Assembly (NCBI GenBank): GCA_964416445.1
Contig: CAYQEE010000008.1
Coordinates: 6,450 to 70,449, forward strand
Length of the DNA: 64,000 nucleotides
DNA from: an uncultured Gammaproteobacteria bacterium
GTDB lineage: Bacteria; Patescibacteriota; Microgenomatia; Levybacterales; UBA12049
Direction of reading: 5' to 3'
This document shows, piece by piece, positions 50,088 to 61,263 of this stretch. Below the pieces are notes generated by a model. That model did no database searches, was not told where the DNA came from, and saw nothing but the letters and a program-made list of their open reading frames with translations. Every line of letters starts with the position of its first letter. Within the stretch, counting starts at the first letter, position 1. Made by a program: the position numbers and the translations under genes.

Positions 50088-50879
50088 ATGGCAAATACAA
50101 AAAAAACAGAAACAATAAAACCGAAAGTGACAAAAACACCTAAAAAGGTAGTCAAAAAAGTAGACGAAGAGAAAAAAGTTAGTAACGTAGCAATTCCCCA
50201 GAAAACTGTTTCTCAACAATCAGTACAAGGTGGTTTGCATGTTAACCTGCTTGATACGACAGGAAATGTTGTTGGTACCATTTCGTTACCAGAGAAAATT
50301 TTTGGAGTCCAAGTAAATTCACAACTTATTGCCCAAGCTGTACGAGTGTTTTTAGTAAATCAAAGACAAGGTACTGCACGGACATTGACTCGTGGAGAAG
50401 TAGATGGTTCAACAAGAAAAATATATCGCCAAAAAGGTACAGGAAGAGCTCGACACGGAGGAATTCGTGCACCGCTTTTTGTTAAAGGAGGTATTGCCCA
50501 CGGACCAAAACTGAAAGATTATTCTTTAACAATGCCAAAAAAGATGAAGCGAGCAGCGCTTTTCTCAGCTTTATCAGCAAAAGTAAAAGATGGCGAAATT
50601 AAAGTAGTGACAGGGCTTGAAGCACTTGAAGTAAAAACAAAAGCATTTTCCCATGCATTTGATACGTGGGGTATAGCTCAAAAGAAACGAAATGTTTTAT
50701 TTGTCTTACCAAATGATATGGAAAATATCTATCGAGGGGTCCGAAATATGGCTGGTGTAACGATAACTACAGCACAACGATTAAATACCTATGAGGTATT
50801 AAAACATAATGCAATTATTATGGTTAAAGAATCTATTGATACGATCGATAAAGTTTTTGGAAAGAAAGAAGAAAAATAA
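50088..50879 (+). CDS. rplD: 50S ribosomal protein L4 (Lys-rich N-terminal extension)
   Basis: RQGTA, RQKGTGRARHG, GGIAHGPK. Confidence 0.98.
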   Translation: MANTKKTETIKPKVTKTPKKVVKKVDEEKKVSNVAIPQKTVSQQSVQGGLHVNLLDTTGNVVGTISLPEKIFGVQVNSQLIAQAVRVFLVNQRQGTARTLTRGEVDGSTRKIYRQKGTGRARHGGIRAPLFVKGGIAHGPKLKDYSLTMPKKMKRAALFSALSAKVKDGEIKVVTGLEALEVKTKAFSHAFDTWGIAQKKRNVLFVLPNDMENIYRGVRNMAGVTITTAQRLNTYEVLKHNAIIMVKESIDTIDKVFGKKEEK

Positions 50880-50880
50880 T

Positions 50881-51165
50881 ATGAATGTCATTATTAAACC
50901 ACTCGTTACCGAAAAATCAATGAATATTGTAAGTAATAATAAATATACCTTTGTTGTTAGTCGGTACGCGAAGAAACAAGATATTAAAAATGCTGTTGAG
51001 AAGTTATTTAATGTGCATGTTACCGCAGTCACTACAAGTGTTGTGAAAGGGAAATCTTCTCGAACTGGTATGAAACGAGTAGAAAGAAAAATAAGTGCGG
51101 TAAAAAAAGCTATTGTAGCCTTGAAACAAGGTGAAAAAATTGGTCTCTTTGAAGCAAACCAATAA
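50881..51165 (+). CDS. rplW: 50S ribosomal protein L23
   Basis: PLVTEKS, YTFVV, KKAIVAL. Confidence 0.97.
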   Translation: MNVIIKPLVTEKSMNIVSNNKYTFVVSRYAKKQDIKNAVEKLFNVHVTAVTTSVVKGKSSRTGMKRVERKISAVKKAIVALKQGEKIGLFEANQ

Positions 51166-51176
51166 TCTGGTAAAAT

Positions 51177-51914
51177 ATGAAGCAATTAAAAGTTATTAAA
51201 AAAAAGAATTCGGGTCGAGATGCCAGCGGACAAGTAGCAGTTCGGCATCAAGGTGGAGAACATAAACGGTTTTTACGTCTTATCGATTTTCGACGAGATA
51301 AAAAGATCGGCGGGAAAGTTATCGCAATTGAATACGATCCAAATCGAAATTGTCACATTGCCCTTCTTCAATATGGAGATGGAGAGAAACGATATATTCT
51401 TTCTCCTGAAGGCTTACACGTTGGAGATACGGTTATTGCTGGTGAGAATGTTGATATTCGAGTTGGAAACGCAATGCCTATTGGTAATGTCCCCATGGGA
51501 ACGTTTGTTCATAATATTGAGCTAACACCCGGAAAAGGCGGACAAATTGCACGCGGAGCTGGAACAGGGATAATGGTTGCAGCGAAAGAAGGAAATTTTG
51601 TCCAAGTCAAGCTGCCTTCCGGAGAACTTCGTAAAATCGATGTTGCATGTTATGCTACTATTGGACAAGTAGGAAATGCTATCTGGAAAGATAAAGTGTG
51701 GGGAAAAGCAGGAAGAACTCGGAATAGAGGTATTAGACCATCAGTTCGAGGAGTTGCGATGAATCCTCGCTCACATCCTCACGGAGGAGGAGAAGGGCGA
51801 TCTGGTATTGGAATGGCAACACCAAAAACGTATGCAGGGAGACCAGCAGTTGGTAATACACGAAGGCCAAAGAAATATTCAAATGCCTATATTATTCAAA
51901 GGAGAAAGAAATAA
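51177..51914 (+). CDS. rplB: 50S ribosomal protein L2 (short N-terminus)
   Basis: [23 protein letters not shown]. Confidence 0.98.
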   Translation: MKQLKVIKKKNSGRDASGQVAVRHQGGEHKRFLRLIDFRRDKKIGGKVIAIEYDPNRNCHIALLQYGDGEKRYILSPEGLHVGDTVIAGENVDIRVGNAMPIGNVPMGTFVHNIELTPGKGGQIARGAGTGIMVAAKEGNFVQVKLPSGELRKIDVACYATIGQVGNAIWKDKVWGKAGRTRNRGIRPSVRGVAMNPRSHPHGGGEGRSGIGMATPKTYAGRPAVGNTRRPKKYSNAYIIQRRKK

Positions 51915-52198
51915 TGAGTAGAAGCGCAAAAAAAGGACCATTCATTGACGAGAAATTAATGAAGAAGGTTACAAAACAAAAACAGTCAGGTGATCGAGCT
52001 GTTATTAAAACATGGGCAAGAGCATGCCAGATTCCACCGGAATTTGTTGGCCATACGTTTGGCGTTCATAATGGACGAATCTTTGTTAATTTAGTTGTTA
52101 CAGAATCAATGGTAGGTCATCGGTTAGGAGAATTTGCGCCAACAAGAATGTTTAGAGGTCATGGACGAGTTGTCTCTCGTGAAGTAACAAAGACATAA
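51914..52198 (+). CDS. rpsS: 30S ribosomal protein S19
   Basis: [25 protein letters not shown]. Confidence 0.98.
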   Translation: MSRSAKKGPFIDEKLMKKVTKQKQSGDRAVIKTWARACQIPPEFVGHTFGVHNGRIFVNLVVTESMVGHRLGEFAPTRMFRGHGRVVSREVTKT

Positions 52199-52202
52199 CT
52201 AT

Positions 52203-52553
52203 ATGACAATACAAGCAACAGCAAAATCAGTTAGAATTAGTACAAGAAAAGTCCGATTGGTAGCGGATTCAATACGTAATAAACCAGTTACTGAAGCGAT
52301 CACGTTATTAACATTAGTTCAAAAACGAGGTGCATCGGTGCTTTTAAAAACCATAAAAAGTGCAGTCGCAAATGCTGTAAATAATGGAAAACTTTCGGAA
52401 GATAACTTGATTATTGATAAACTTGAAGTTCAAGAAGGACCATTTCTAAAACGATTTAAGCCATCAACCAGAGGCCGAGTTCATCCATTCAAAAAGAGAA
52501 GTAGCCATATCACCGTAGTTTTGAAGGAGGTACAAAATGGGAAAGAAAGTTAA
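52203..52553 (+). CDS. rplV: 50S ribosomal protein L22
   Basis: RISTRKVRLVAD, SAVANA, KRSSHITVV. Confidence 0.98.
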   Translation: MTIQATAKSVRISTRKVRLVADSIRNKPVTEAITLLTLVQKRGASVLLKTIKSAVANAVNNGKLSEDNLIIDKLEVQEGPFLKRFKPSTRGRVHPFKKRSSHITVVLKEVQNGKES

Positions 52554-53199
52554 TCCAATCGCATTACGAATAGGTCCGATTTATAACTGGCAAAGTCGTT
52601 GGTTTAGTTCAAAGAAAAATTATAAAGAAATTGCCTTAGAAGATTATCGATTGCGAACTTCGTTGATGGATAAATTGCGAAATGCAGGAGTTGCTCGCGT
52701 GGAAATAGAACGATCGATTAATAGTTTAAAGGTACTCGTTTTTGTTTCTCGGCCAGGAATGGTTATTGGAAGAGCTGGAACTGGTTTGGAAGAAGTAAAG
52801 AAGTTTATTCTCGATGTGTTAGCAAAGAATGATCCGAAGAAAGTTGGAAAGAATATCCCAAAAGTTGATATTCGTGTTGAAGGGATTAAAGAACCAAATT
52901 TAGATGCATATCTTGTAGCAAAAAATGTTTCAGAACAGCTCGCAAAACGGTTGCCATTTAAACGAGTGTTAAATCAAAATGCAGAACGAGTTATGGGGGC
53001 TGGTGCTAAAGGAGTGAAAATTGCTTTAGCAGGGAGAATTGCTGGATCAGAAATTGGTAGGAAAGAGAAAATTCATATGGGAACCGTTCCTCTATCAACG
53101 ATACGAGAATATATACAGTACGCAAGTGTTCCATCGCTTACGAAAAAAGGATATATTGGGGTAAAAGTTTGGATAAATGTTGGAGAAAAAAACGCTTAA
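52537..53199 (+). CDS. rpsC: 30S ribosomal protein S3
   Basis: MGKKVNP, RPGMVIGRAG, GRIAG, GYIGVKVWI. Confidence 0.98.
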   Translation: MGKKVNPIALRIGPIYNWQSRWFSSKKNYKEIALEDYRLRTSLMDKLRNAGVARVEIERSINSLKVLVFVSRPGMVIGRAGTGLEEVKKFILDVLAKNDPKKVGKNIPKVDIRVEGIKEPNLDAYLVAKNVSEQLAKRLPFKRVLNQNAERVMGAGAKGVKIALAGRIAGSEIGRKEKIHMGTVPLSTIREYIQYASVPSLTKKGYIGVKVWINVGEKNA

Positions 53200-53212
53200 G
53201 GAGTAAGTAATT

Positions 53213-53623
53213 ATGTTAGTGCCAAAACGAGTAAAATATAGAAAAGTACAACGGGGAATGATGAAAGGTACTGCACATGCAGGAACACGCATATCGTTCG
53301 GTGAATTTGGTTTAGTTGCTCAAGGGATGGCTCAGATTTCTAGTAGACAAATTGAAGCAGCAAGACGAGCCATTACGCATTATACAGCTCGGGGGGGGAG
53401 AATTTGGATTCGAATTTTTCCAGATAAACCAATAACGAGAAAACCACCTGAGACCCGGATGGGAAGTGGTAAAGGAGATGTCTTTGAATATGTTGCTCCG
53501 GTAAAAGCGGGACGAGTACTATTCGAAATGGGTGGAGTAACAAAAGAAACGGCTTTTGCGGCATTACGTCTTGCCGCATATAAATTACCGGTTAAAACAA
53601 GAATTGTTGAAAAGAAAGGATAA
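53213..53623 (+). CDS. rplP: 50S ribosomal protein L16
   Basis: [23 protein letters not shown]. Confidence 0.98.
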   Translation: MLVPKRVKYRKVQRGMMKGTAHAGTRISFGEFGLVAQGMAQISSRQIEAARRAITHYTARGGRIWIRIFPDKPITRKPPETRMGSGKGDVFEYVAPVKAGRVLFEMGGVTKETAFAALRLAAYKLPVKTRIVEKKG

Positions 53624-53624
53624 T

Positions 53625-53846
53625 ATGGCTAAGAAAAAAGAAACAAAAGAAAAAGTCGAAGAAAAAAAAGTAAATACGACAGTTGAATTGAAAAATCAAA
53701 TCAAAAAATTAAAAGAGGAATTGTTTCAATTGCAGTTAGATCATCAACAGCGAAAACTTAAAAATACGAGTTCATTAGGATTAAAAAGAAAGGAGATCGC
53801 AAGTTTACTCACAACATTGCGAGCTTTGGAATTAATACAACAATGA
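53625..53846 (+). CDS. rpmC: 50S ribosomal protein L29
   Basis: Position between rplP and rpsQ; LKEELFQL...LKNTS...RKEIA. Confidence 0.9.
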   Translation: MAKKKETKEKVEEKKVNTTVELKNQIKKLKEELFQLQLDHQQRKLKNTSSLGLKRKEIASLLTTLRALELIQQ

Positions 53847-54073
53847 AAACATTTAGTGGAAAAATAGTACGGGTAAAACATGATAAAACAGCAATAGTGG
53901 AAGTGACGCGTAAAATATCGCATCCTTTATACAGAAAGTTGCTTACAAAAACAAAACGATATCAAGTGGATACAGCAGGATTTACTCCAAAACAAGAGGA
54001 TGAGGTAACGATTATTGAAACCCGGCAAATTGCAAAAAATAAATATTTTAAAATAAAGGAGATTAAAAAATAA
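53843..54073 (+). CDS. rpsQ: 30S ribosomal protein S17
   Basis: KTAIVEV, HPLYRK, IIETR.I.K.K. Confidence 0.95.
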   Translation: MKTFSGKIVRVKHDKTAIVEVTRKISHPLYRKLLTKTKRYQVDTAGFTPKQEDEVTIIETRQIAKNKYFKIKEIKK

Positions 54074-54447
54074 TGATACAATTACGGTCAATGCTCACTG
54101 CCGCAGATAATTCAGGAGCAAAAGTTTTACAAGTAATTCATATCTTTGGTGGTTCATCAAGAAGGTTTGGTTATATTGGTGATGTTCTTAATTGTGTGGT
54201 TAAAGATGCATCTCCAACAGGACAAGTAAAAATTGGTGAAATTGTCAAAGTGGTTTTGGTTCGGTCTCGAAAGGAAGTAAAACGAAAAGATAGTTCATAT
54301 ATTCGATTCTCTGATAACGCAGGTGTTGTTATTGATAATCCGAAAGATAAGAATCCAAGAGGAACACGTATTTTTGGACCAATAGCTCGAGAAGTTCGTG
54401 ATGCTGGCTTTGCAAAAATTGCGAGTATGGCGATTGAAGTAGTATAA
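54073..54447 (+). CDS. rplN: 50S ribosomal protein L14
   Basis: [21 protein letters not shown]. Confidence 0.98.
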   Translation: MIQLRSMLTAADNSGAKVLQVIHIFGGSSRRFGYIGDVLNCVVKDASPTGQVKIGEIVKVVLVRSRKEVKRKDSSYIRFSDNAGVVIDNPKDKNPRGTRIFGPIAREVRDAGFAKIASMAIEVV

Positions 54448-54451
54448 TCAT

Positions 54452-54757
54452 ATGAAAATTCATAAAGGTGACGAAGTTATTATTACAATTGGTAAAGATA
54501 AAGGAAAATTAGGAAAGGTTGAGCGTGTCCTTGTAAAGCAAAGAAGTGTTTTCATTCCAGGAATTAATGAATTTAAAAGACATACTAAGGGAAGAATGCA
54601 AGGACAGAAATCTGAAATAGTAACGATTAATAAACCGGTAGCTATTTCTAAACTTGCAGTCATGTGTCCAAAATGTCACAAACAAACAAGAATTGGATAC
54701 AAAATGGATAAAGATAAAAAAGTACGATTTTGCAAGAAATGTGAGAGTACACTGTAA
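54452..54757 (+). CDS. rplX: 50S ribosomal protein L24
   Basis: KGDEV...GKDKGK.G KOW motif; CPKC and CKKC. Confidence 0.96.
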   Translation: MKIHKGDEVIITIGKDKGKLGKVERVLVKQRSVFIPGINEFKRHTKGRMQGQKSEIVTINKPVAISKLAVMCPKCHKQTRIGYKMDKDKKVRFCKKCESTL

Positions 54758-54762
54758 ATTAT

Positions 54763-55302
54763 ATGGGAAATATAAAAAAAACATACCAAGAAGATATCGT
54801 CAAAAAGTTACAAGACGAATTAAAAGTTAGAAATATTATGGCAGTCCCTGCTTTAAAAAAGATTGTTGTTAATATTGGGGTAAGAAATGCAGAAGCAGAT
54901 AAAAAAAATATGGAAGTTGCAAGTCAAGTAATTGCCCAAATTACTGGACAAAAACCAAAAGTTACGGCGGCAAAGAAGTCAATTTCAGCATTTAAATTGC
55001 GTGAAGGAGATAAAATTGGCCTTGTTGTAACCTTGCGAGGAAAAAGGATGTATGATTTTTTCGAAAAAATTGTTACAATTGTACTTCCGCGTATCAAAGA
55101 TTTTCACGGAGTGAAAAATAATAGCTTTGATACTCGGGGTAATTTTAGTCTTGGTCTTTCTGAATATAGTGTTTTTCCTGAAGTAGATTTAGGAAAAGTC
55201 GAGCGAATTCAGGGGCTTGAAGTCACAATTGTAACAACGGCCAAAGATAAAAAAGGAGCTTTTGCTCTTTTGAAACATTTAGGAATGCCGTTTCAAAAAT
55301 AA
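54763..55302 (+). CDS. rplE: 50S ribosomal protein L5
   Basis: KIVVNIG, ITGQKP, FKLREG, LPRIKDFHG. Confidence 0.98.
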   Translation: MGNIKKTYQEDIVKKLQDELKVRNIMAVPALKKIVVNIGVRNAEADKKNMEVASQVIAQITGQKPKVTAAKKSISAFKLREGDKIGLVVTLRGKRMYDFFEKIVTIVLPRIKDFHGVKNNSFDTRGNFSLGLSEYSVFPEVDLGKVERIQGLEVTIVTTAKDKKGAFALLKHLGMPFQK

Positions 55303-55313
55303 AAAACAATATT

Positions 55314-55499
55314 ATGGCAAAAACATCAAACGTAGCACGAAATAAACAAAAATTACGATTTAAGTCACGATATCATAATCGTTGTAATTTATGTGGAAGA
55401 TCGCGCGCGTATATGCGTCGATTTGGTCTTTGCAGACTTTGTTTCCGAGCTCTTGCTCAGAGAGGAGAATTACCTGGGGTATTAAAAGCCAGTTGGTAA
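55314..55499 (+). CDS. rpsN: 30S ribosomal protein S14 (short zinc-binding type Z)
   Basis: RCNLCGR...FGLCRLCFR...GELPG..KASW; 61 aa. Confidence 0.97.
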   Translation: MAKTSNVARNKQKLRFKSRYHNRCNLCGRSRAYMRRFGLCRLCFRALAQRGELPGVLKASW

Positions 55500-55507
55500 T
55501 GTAAACT

Positions 55508-55897
55508 ATGTATACAATAGGAGATTTGGCAATTCGAATTAAAAATGCTGTTTTAGCAAGAAGAAAGCAAGTTGTTTTGCCTTATGCCAAAGTTGCAAAA
55601 AATCTTGCTGATTTATTAGCAAAGGAACGATATTTACGAAATGTAAAAGTAGAAGAAGTAGAAGGAAAAAAAATAATTACTGCTGAAGTCTATTATGAAA
55701 AACGGATTCCATTCTTCACTGATGTGGAAATAATTTCAAAACCATCACTTCGAATATATGCATCAAGTGATGATATTGCAAAAAGACAAAAACGAAGTGT
55801 TGGAAGTTTAATCATCTCAACAAATGGAGGTCTGATGACAGGTAAAGATGCTATTAAAAAAGGAGTTGGAGGAGAAGTTCTCTTCGCTATTTGGTAA
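55508..55897 (+). CDS. rpsH: 30S ribosomal protein S8
   Basis: D...RIKNA, ISKPSLRIY, STNGGLM, GGEVL. Confidence 0.97.
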   Translation: MYTIGDLAIRIKNAVLARRKQVVLPYAKVAKNLADLLAKERYLRNVKVEEVEGKKIITAEVYYEKRIPFFTDVEIISKPSLRIYASSDDIAKRQKRSVGSLIISTNGGLMTGKDAIKKGVGGEVLFAIW

Positions 55898-55899
55898 TT

Positions 55900-56460
55900 A
55901 TGTCAAAAATAGGACGTCAACCAGTTATTATTCCAAATGGAGTTACCGTAACAATTACTGAAAAAAAAGTTGCCGTAACAGGTCCAAAAGGAAATAATGT
56001 GTATATTCTCCCCTCTGGCATTAATGCAAGTGTTACTGAGGGTAAAGTTGTCATCACGCAAGAAAAAGGGAAAGAAGAATTAACGAATGCATTATTTGGA
56101 TTGGCCCGTGCAGTTATTGCAAACAATATTAAAGGAGTTACTGCAGGTTTCGAAAAGAAATTAGAATTGTCAGGAGTAGGATATCGTGCTCAAGCAGGTG
56201 GCAATGATTTAACAATTTCAATCGGTTTCTCCCATCCGGTGAAGATGACTGCACCGACAGGAATTAAGTTTAGTGTTGCAGAAAATGTTATTACGATATC
56301 AGGGAGTGATCCAGTTATTGTTGGCAACATAGCAGCCAATATCCGAAAAATTCGACCACCAGAACCATATAAAGGGAAAGGGATTAAATATGTTGGCGAA
56401 GTTATTCGAAAGAAAGCTGGTAAAGCAGCAAAGGCTGTTGGAGGAGCAGGAGCAAAATAA
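55900..56460 (+). CDS. rplF: 50S ribosomal protein L6
   Basis: MSKIGRQP, GVGYRA, GFSHP, RPPEPYKGKGIKY. Confidence 0.98.
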   Translation: MSKIGRQPVIIPNGVTVTITEKKVAVTGPKGNNVYILPSGINASVTEGKVVITQEKGKEELTNALFGLARAVIANNIKGVTAGFEKKLELSGVGYRAQAGGNDLTISIGFSHPVKMTAPTGIKFSVAENVITISGSDPVIVGNIAANIRKIRPPEPYKGKGIKYVGEVIRKKAGKAAKAVGGAGAK

Positions 56461-56461
56461 T

Positions 56462-56806
56462 ATGAAACAAAATAGTGCAAAAAATCAAAGAAAATCAAGA
56501 ATTACCTCTAATGTTCATGGTACCAATGAAAGACCAAGACTTTGTGTTTTTCGATCAAATCGGTCAATTTATGTTCAGTTAATTGACGATAGTAATGGTA
56601 AGACTTTGCTCGGTCTTTCAGAAAAACAGTTGGAAAAGCAAGCAGGCTCAAAAGTTGCTAAAGCAAAAGCGTTGGGTACTGCTTTAGCAGCAAAAGCAAT
56701 TGAAAAAAATTATAAGCAAGTAGTTTTTGATAAGGGAAGTTATCGATATCACGGAAGAGTAAAAGCTATTGCTGATGGAGCCAGGGAAGGAGGATTGCAA
56801 TTCTAA
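56462..56806 (+). CDS. rplR: 50S ribosomal protein L18
   Basis: RPRLCVFRSN, VFD, YHGRVKAIADGAREGGL. Confidence 0.97.
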   Translation: MKQNSAKNQRKSRITSNVHGTNERPRLCVFRSNRSIYVQLIDDSNGKTLLGLSEKQLEKQAGSKVAKAKALGTALAAKAIEKNYKQVVFDKGSYRYHGRVKAIADGAREGGLQF

Positions 56807-56810
56807 TTAT

Positions 56811-57326
56811 ATGGGAAATAATAGAAAATTTGATTTACAAAGAGAACCCAGTGAATTTGCTGAAGATATTGTTCAGATTAATCGAGTTTCAAAGAAAACT
56901 AAGGGAGGAAACAAAATTGGTTTTGCTGTTCTCGCAGTTGTAGGAAATAAAAAAGGTAAAGTTGGTGTTGGCTTAGGGAAAGCGGCAGATGTAGCTTCTG
57001 CAATCCGAAAAGGGGTCTCAGTAGCAAAGAAGCATTTAATTGAAATACCAATTGTTAATGAAACTATTCCTTTCGGCGTAAGAATTAAACTTGGAGCAGC
57101 ACAAGTAATGTTAAAACCAGCACCAAAAGGAAGTGGAGTTATTGCTGGAGGTGCAGTTCGAAGTGTCGTCTCTGCTGCAGGAATCCAAAATATTTCATCA
57201 AAAGTTCTTGGTACTGATAATCAAGCAAGTAACGTATATGCAACAATAGAAGCATTAAAGAAAATTGCACAGATGCATAAAAAATTTACTATGACAAATG
57301 GAGTGAGGAAAGGAAAAAGAGCATAA
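56811..57326 (+). CDS. rpsE: 30S ribosomal protein S5
   Basis: RVSKKTKGG, G.GLGKA, PAPKGSGVIAGG. Confidence 0.98.
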   Translation: MGNNRKFDLQREPSEFAEDIVQINRVSKKTKGGNKIGFAVLAVVGNKKGKVGVGLGKAADVASAIRKGVSVAKKHLIEIPIVNETIPFGVRIKLGAAQVMLKPAPKGSGVIAGGAVRSVVSAAGIQNISSKVLGTDNQASNVYATIEALKKIAQMHKKFTMTNGVRKGKRA

Positions 57327-57330
57327 TCGT

Positions 57331-57783
57331 ATGAATTTAAGTGAATTGCAAAAAATAACAACAAGAGGAAAAAAACGGTTAGGACAAGGACATGGTTCAG
57401 GGAGAGTAAAAACTTCTGGAAGAGGAACCAAAGGGCAAAAAGCACGACGGAATATTCCTCTTGATTTTGAAGGAGGAGCCTTACCTTTGATTAAACGCAT
57501 GCCTTTCTTGCGAGGTAAGGGACGAAATTTTTCGTATCAAGACAAACCAGAAGTGATTAATCTTAAACAATTAGAGAAACTTCCAAAAGATAGTATTGTT
57601 GATCTTACTGCTTTAATTAAACATGGATTAGTAAAAGAAAAAGATGCTAAAAAATATGGCGTTAAAATATTAGGAGATGGCAAATTAACAAATGCACTCG
57701 TTGTAAAGGTTCCTGTCTCACACAGTGCAAAAGAGAAGATAGAGAAAGCAGGGGGAAGTGTTGAAATTGGACTGAATGAATAA
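57331..57783 (+). CDS. rplO: 50S ribosomal protein L15
   Basis: [28 protein letters not shown]. Confidence 0.98.
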   Translation: MNLSELQKITTRGKKRLGQGHGSGRVKTSGRGTKGQKARRNIPLDFEGGALPLIKRMPFLRGKGRNFSYQDKPEVINLKQLEKLPKDSIVDLTALIKHGLVKEKDAKKYGVKILGDGKLTNALVVKVPVSHSAKEKIEKAGGSVEIGLNE

Positions 57784-59062
57784 TATTCTTACAGTTTTTA
57801 AAAATAGTTGGGAATCACCCGAAATTAGAAAAAAGCTACTTTTTACTGGACTTATCTTTATTATTTTTCGACTCTTCGCGCATATACCGGTTGCCGGAGT
57901 GAATTTAGCAAGTCTTCGATCACTCTTTTCTACAAACCAATTCCTGGGGCTATTAGATATTTTTTCAGGAGGTACACTCGCTAATTTTTCTGTCATGGCA
58001 CTTGGTTTAAATCCCTATATTAATGCATCTATTATTTTACAGTTATTAACGTTAGTATTTCCTCGCTTAGAGGAACTTTCAAAAGAAGGTGAATCAGGAA
58101 GACAAAAAATTAATCAGTATACAAGAATGCTTACGGTACCTTTAGCAGCATTGCAAGCGTTTGGTATGTATACTCTTCTTCGTAGCCAGCACATTATTGC
58201 AAATTTAGATATTCTGCATCTTGTTACTTTTGTTCTCACTATGACAGCTGGAACAATGTTATTAGTTTGGCTTGGAGAACTCATCACAGAAAGAGGCGTG
58301 GGAAATGGAGTTTCCTTACTTATCTTTGCTGGTATTGTTGGACGTCTTCCTGTTGCATTTAGCCAGACAGCATCTACGGCTAATGGTCAAAACTCATTTA
58401 ATATTTTATTTTTCGCAATCCTTGGCATTGTTGTCATCGCTTCAATAGTAGTAATTAATGAGGCAACTCGACAAATTACGGTATATTATGCCAAGCGAGT
58501 GAAAGGAAATAAAATGCTTGGTGGAGAATCAACGCATTTACCATTACGTCTTAATCAAGCAGGTGTTATTCCTATTATTTTTGCGGTTTCCATAGTACTT
58601 GTTCCCTCTCTTTTATCCAATTATTTTTTGAATTCGAAAGTTCCTGCATTACATGCAATAGCAACAGTATTAGCAGCAAATTTTAGTCCAAACAGTATTT
58701 TATATAATGTTGTATATTTTGTTCTTGTTGTAGGATTTACCTATTTTTATACGGCAATTATTTTTAACCCAAAGAAAATTGCTGAGGAAATCCAAAAATA
58801 TGGTGGTTTTATTCCAGGGATTCGTCCAGGAAATCCTACAGCACATTATTTAAATTACGTATTAACGCGTATTACTCTTGCTGGTGCGTTATTCCTCGGT
58901 ATTATTGCTATCTTTCCTGTTATTGCTCAGGCTCTTACTGGGGTACAAACATTATTACTCGGTGGTACGAGTATTCTTATCGTTGTGAGTGTTGTTCTTG
59001 AAACAGTAAAATCGATTGAAGCACAATTAGTTATGCGTAATTACGAAGCATTTGCACAATGA
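57776..59062 (+). CDS. secY: Preprotein translocase subunit SecY
   Basis: [54 protein letters not shown]. Confidence 0.99.
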   Translation: MNNILTVFKNSWESPEIRKKLLFTGLIFIIFRLFAHIPVAGVNLASLRSLFSTNQFLGLLDIFSGGTLANFSVMALGLNPYINASIILQLLTLVFPRLEELSKEGESGRQKINQYTRMLTVPLAALQAFGMYTLLRSQHIIANLDILHLVTFVLTMTAGTMLLVWLGELITERGVGNGVSLLIFAGIVGRLPVAFSQTASTANGQNSFNILFFAILGIVVIASIVVINEATRQITVYYAKRVKGNKMLGGESTHLPLRLNQAGVIPIIFAVSIVLVPSLLSNYFLNSKVPALHAIATVLAANFSPNSILYNVVYFVLVVGFTYFYTAIIFNPKKIAEEIQKYGGFIPGIRPGNPTAHYLNYVLTRITLAGALFLGIIAIFPVIAQALTGVQTLLLGGTSILIVVSVVLETVKSIEAQLVMRNYEAFAQ

Positions 59063-59604
59063 AAATAATACTTATTGGAATTCAAGGAGCCGGAAAATCA
59101 ACACAAGGGAATCTTCTTTCAAGAGAATTAGATATCCCGTATCTCTCTACTGGACATATTTTCCGGACTATCGCGCAAGAAAAATCGCCATTAGGAAGAT
59201 ATATTAAAGAAACAATGAATGCTGGTTACCTTATTCCTGATGAGAAAACACTTGAAATTGTGAGCGAATATCTTAATCGTCCTGAATATGCAAAAGGGTT
59301 TATTCTTGATGGATTTCCTCGTACTATTGCACAAGCAGATGCATTTCAAAATGGGATAGATAAAGTAATTTATTTAAACATTCCTGATAAGGAAGCGTTA
59401 TGGAGACTATCATTTCGAAATGAAAATCGAGCTGATGATACGTTAGGCGGCATTAGAAAACGAATAGAACTTTTCCATAAATTTACTGAACCAGTGATTG
59501 AATATTATCGAAAAAAAGGTCTGCTTGCAGAAATTAATGGCGAACAGTCGATTGAAGATATTCATAAAGAAATTATGAAAAATCTTCAGAAAACTCATGC
59601 ATAA
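59059..59604 (+). CDS. adk: Adenylate kinase (short, no LID domain)
   Basis: [30 protein letters not shown]. Confidence 0.93.
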   Translation: MKIILIGIQGAGKSTQGNLLSRELDIPYLSTGHIFRTIAQEKSPLGRYIKETMNAGYLIPDEKTLEIVSEYLNRPEYAKGFILDGFPRTIAQADAFQNGIDKVIYLNIPDKEALWRLSFRNENRADDTLGGIRKRIELFHKFTEPVIEYYRKKGLLAEINGEQSIEDIHKEIMKNLQKTHA

Positions 59605-60163
59605 CCAACCTCTTAATCAAAAACGAATCATAGCTTTTGTTGGCATGCCAGGAGCAGGGAAAAGTATTGCTGCTTCTTATTTGCGCGAAAAGCAATTTCC
59701 CATTGTTCGTTTTGGTGAGGTTACTGAAGCAAAATTACGAGAATTGCAGTTACCTATTACCCCGAAAAATGAAGAATTTGTACGGGAAGGCCTACGAAAA
59801 GAATTTGGTATGGCAGTTTACGCAATCCAATCAGTGGCTAAAATCAAGGAATTATTACAAGAAAACACGGCAGTTATTATTGATGGATTGTATTCATGGG
59901 AAGAATACCTTTATTTAAAGAAACAATTCCCTCACTTGCTTATTGTTCACATTTATACACAACCGGAAATACGGTATAAACGATTAGCAACCAGATCAGT
60001 CCGCGCATTTACCTATGAGGAAGCAACATTGCGAGATGTTCGAGAAATCGAGCATTTAAGTAAAGGTGGCCCAATTGCTATTGCAGATTATCTCATTGAT
60101 AATAACGGAAATATCACTGAATTACAGAAAAAAATTGATGAATTTTTAGAAAAATATCGTTAA
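59597..60163 (+). CDS. P-loop kinase, dephospho-CoA-kinase-like (archaeal-type COG0237-like)
   Basis: VGMPGAGKS, IIDG, R.KRLATR, RD.RE, IAIADYLIDNNG. Confidence 0.7.
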   Translation: MHNQPLNQKRIIAFVGMPGAGKSIAASYLREKQFPIVRFGEVTEAKLRELQLPITPKNEEFVREGLRKEFGMAVYAIQSVAKIKELLQENTAVIIDGLYSWEEYLYLKKQFPHLLIVHIYTQPEIRYKRLATRSVRAFTYEEATLRDVREIEHLSKGGPIAIADYLIDNNGNITELQKKIDEFLEKYR

Positions 60164-60166
60164 GAT

Positions 60167-60934
60167 ATGATACCAATTAAATCGCAAAAAGAAGTTGCAA
60201 TTATGAAAACAGCTGGTAAGATTTTAGCAGAGGTTCTTTTTGCTGTTCTTGACCAAGCAAAACCGGGCATTACGGAATTAGAGCTTGATTCACTCGCAGA
60301 AAAACTCATTATTGAAAAAGGAGGAGAACCAGGATTTAAAAAAGTACCAGGATATAAACATACCATTTGTGTTGCGACAAATGATATCGTTGTGCATGGC
60401 ATACCAACTCAACGGAAACTAAAAACGGGTGATATTATTGGGATAGATTGTGGCGTGTTTTTACATGGTTTTCACACTGATATGGCTGAAACGGTCTATG
60501 TTGGTGATACACAGTCCATGCCGAAGGAAATTGCTCGTTTCTTAGAGACCGGAAAACAAGGCATGCTTGATGGTATTGCTCAAGTAAAGCCAGGAAATCG
60601 AATCGGGCATATTTCTCGTGCGATTCAACAAAAAGTAGAAAAAATGGGAGGGTATGCAGTAACCAGAAGCTTAATCGGGCATGGAGTAGGTCGTAATTTA
60701 CATGAAGAACCTGAGGTTCCTGGCTATTTAGAAGGTCCTTTGGAAAAAACTCCTCTCTTGAAACCTGGCATGACAATCGCTGTTGAAGTCATTTATAACA
60801 TGGGGTCTGCCGATGTTATCTATTCAGGTACTGACGATTGGACTATTAAAACGGCCGATGGCAGTCTCGGTGGCCTATTTGAACGAACAGTTGAGGTTAC
60901 GGGAGATGGCCATACGATCATAACGAAGGTATAG
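60167..60934 (+). CDS. map: Methionine aminopeptidase type I
   Basis: VVHGIP, DCG....FHTDMA, GHGVGRNLHEEP, FERTV. Confidence 0.96.
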   Translation: MIPIKSQKEVAIMKTAGKILAEVLFAVLDQAKPGITELELDSLAEKLIIEKGGEPGFKKVPGYKHTICVATNDIVVHGIPTQRKLKTGDIIGIDCGVFLHGFHTDMAETVYVGDTQSMPKEIARFLETGKQGMLDGIAQVKPGNRIGHISRAIQQKVEKMGGYAVTRSLIGHGVGRNLHEEPEVPGYLEGPLEKTPLLKPGMTIAVEVIYNMGSADVIYSGTDDWTIKTADGSLGGLFERTVEVTGDGHTIITKV

Positions 60935-60986
60935 TTTTTATGTACAAAACGCTCATTTTTGATAAAAATGACGTTATTATTAGTAA

Positions 60987-61015
60987 TTGCTCTTTGTATG
61001 GGTATTTGTTATAAT
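60987..61015 (+). promoter_or_regulatory. Putative promoter of the infA-rpmJ-rpsM-rpsK-rpsD unit
   Basis: TTGCTC(60987-92), 17 bp, TATAAT(61010-15) with extended TG. Confidence 0.6.
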
Positions 61016-61043
61016 AAATACTCAATCTTGTAAGATTATATAG

Positions 61044-61259
61044 ATGGCGCATCAAGGATCATTTGAGTTAGAAGGGGTAGTATTAGAATCACTGCCAAAT
61101 ACAATGTTTCGAGTACAATTACCCGATGGGTCAATTGTACTTTGTACGTTGTCTGGAAAGATGCGAATCAATTTTGTCAAAATTTTACCGGGAGATAGAG
61201 TTCGAATCGAAATGACTCCCTATGACAAGACAAGAGGGAGAATAACGTATAGGTTATAA
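61044..61259 (+). CDS. infA: Translation initiation factor IF-1
   Basis: [30 protein letters not shown]. Confidence 0.98.
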   Translation: MAHQGSFELEGVVLESLPNTMFRVQLPDGSIVLCTLSGKMRINFVKILPGDRVRIEMTPYDKTRGRITYRL

Positions 61260-61263
61260 AAAT

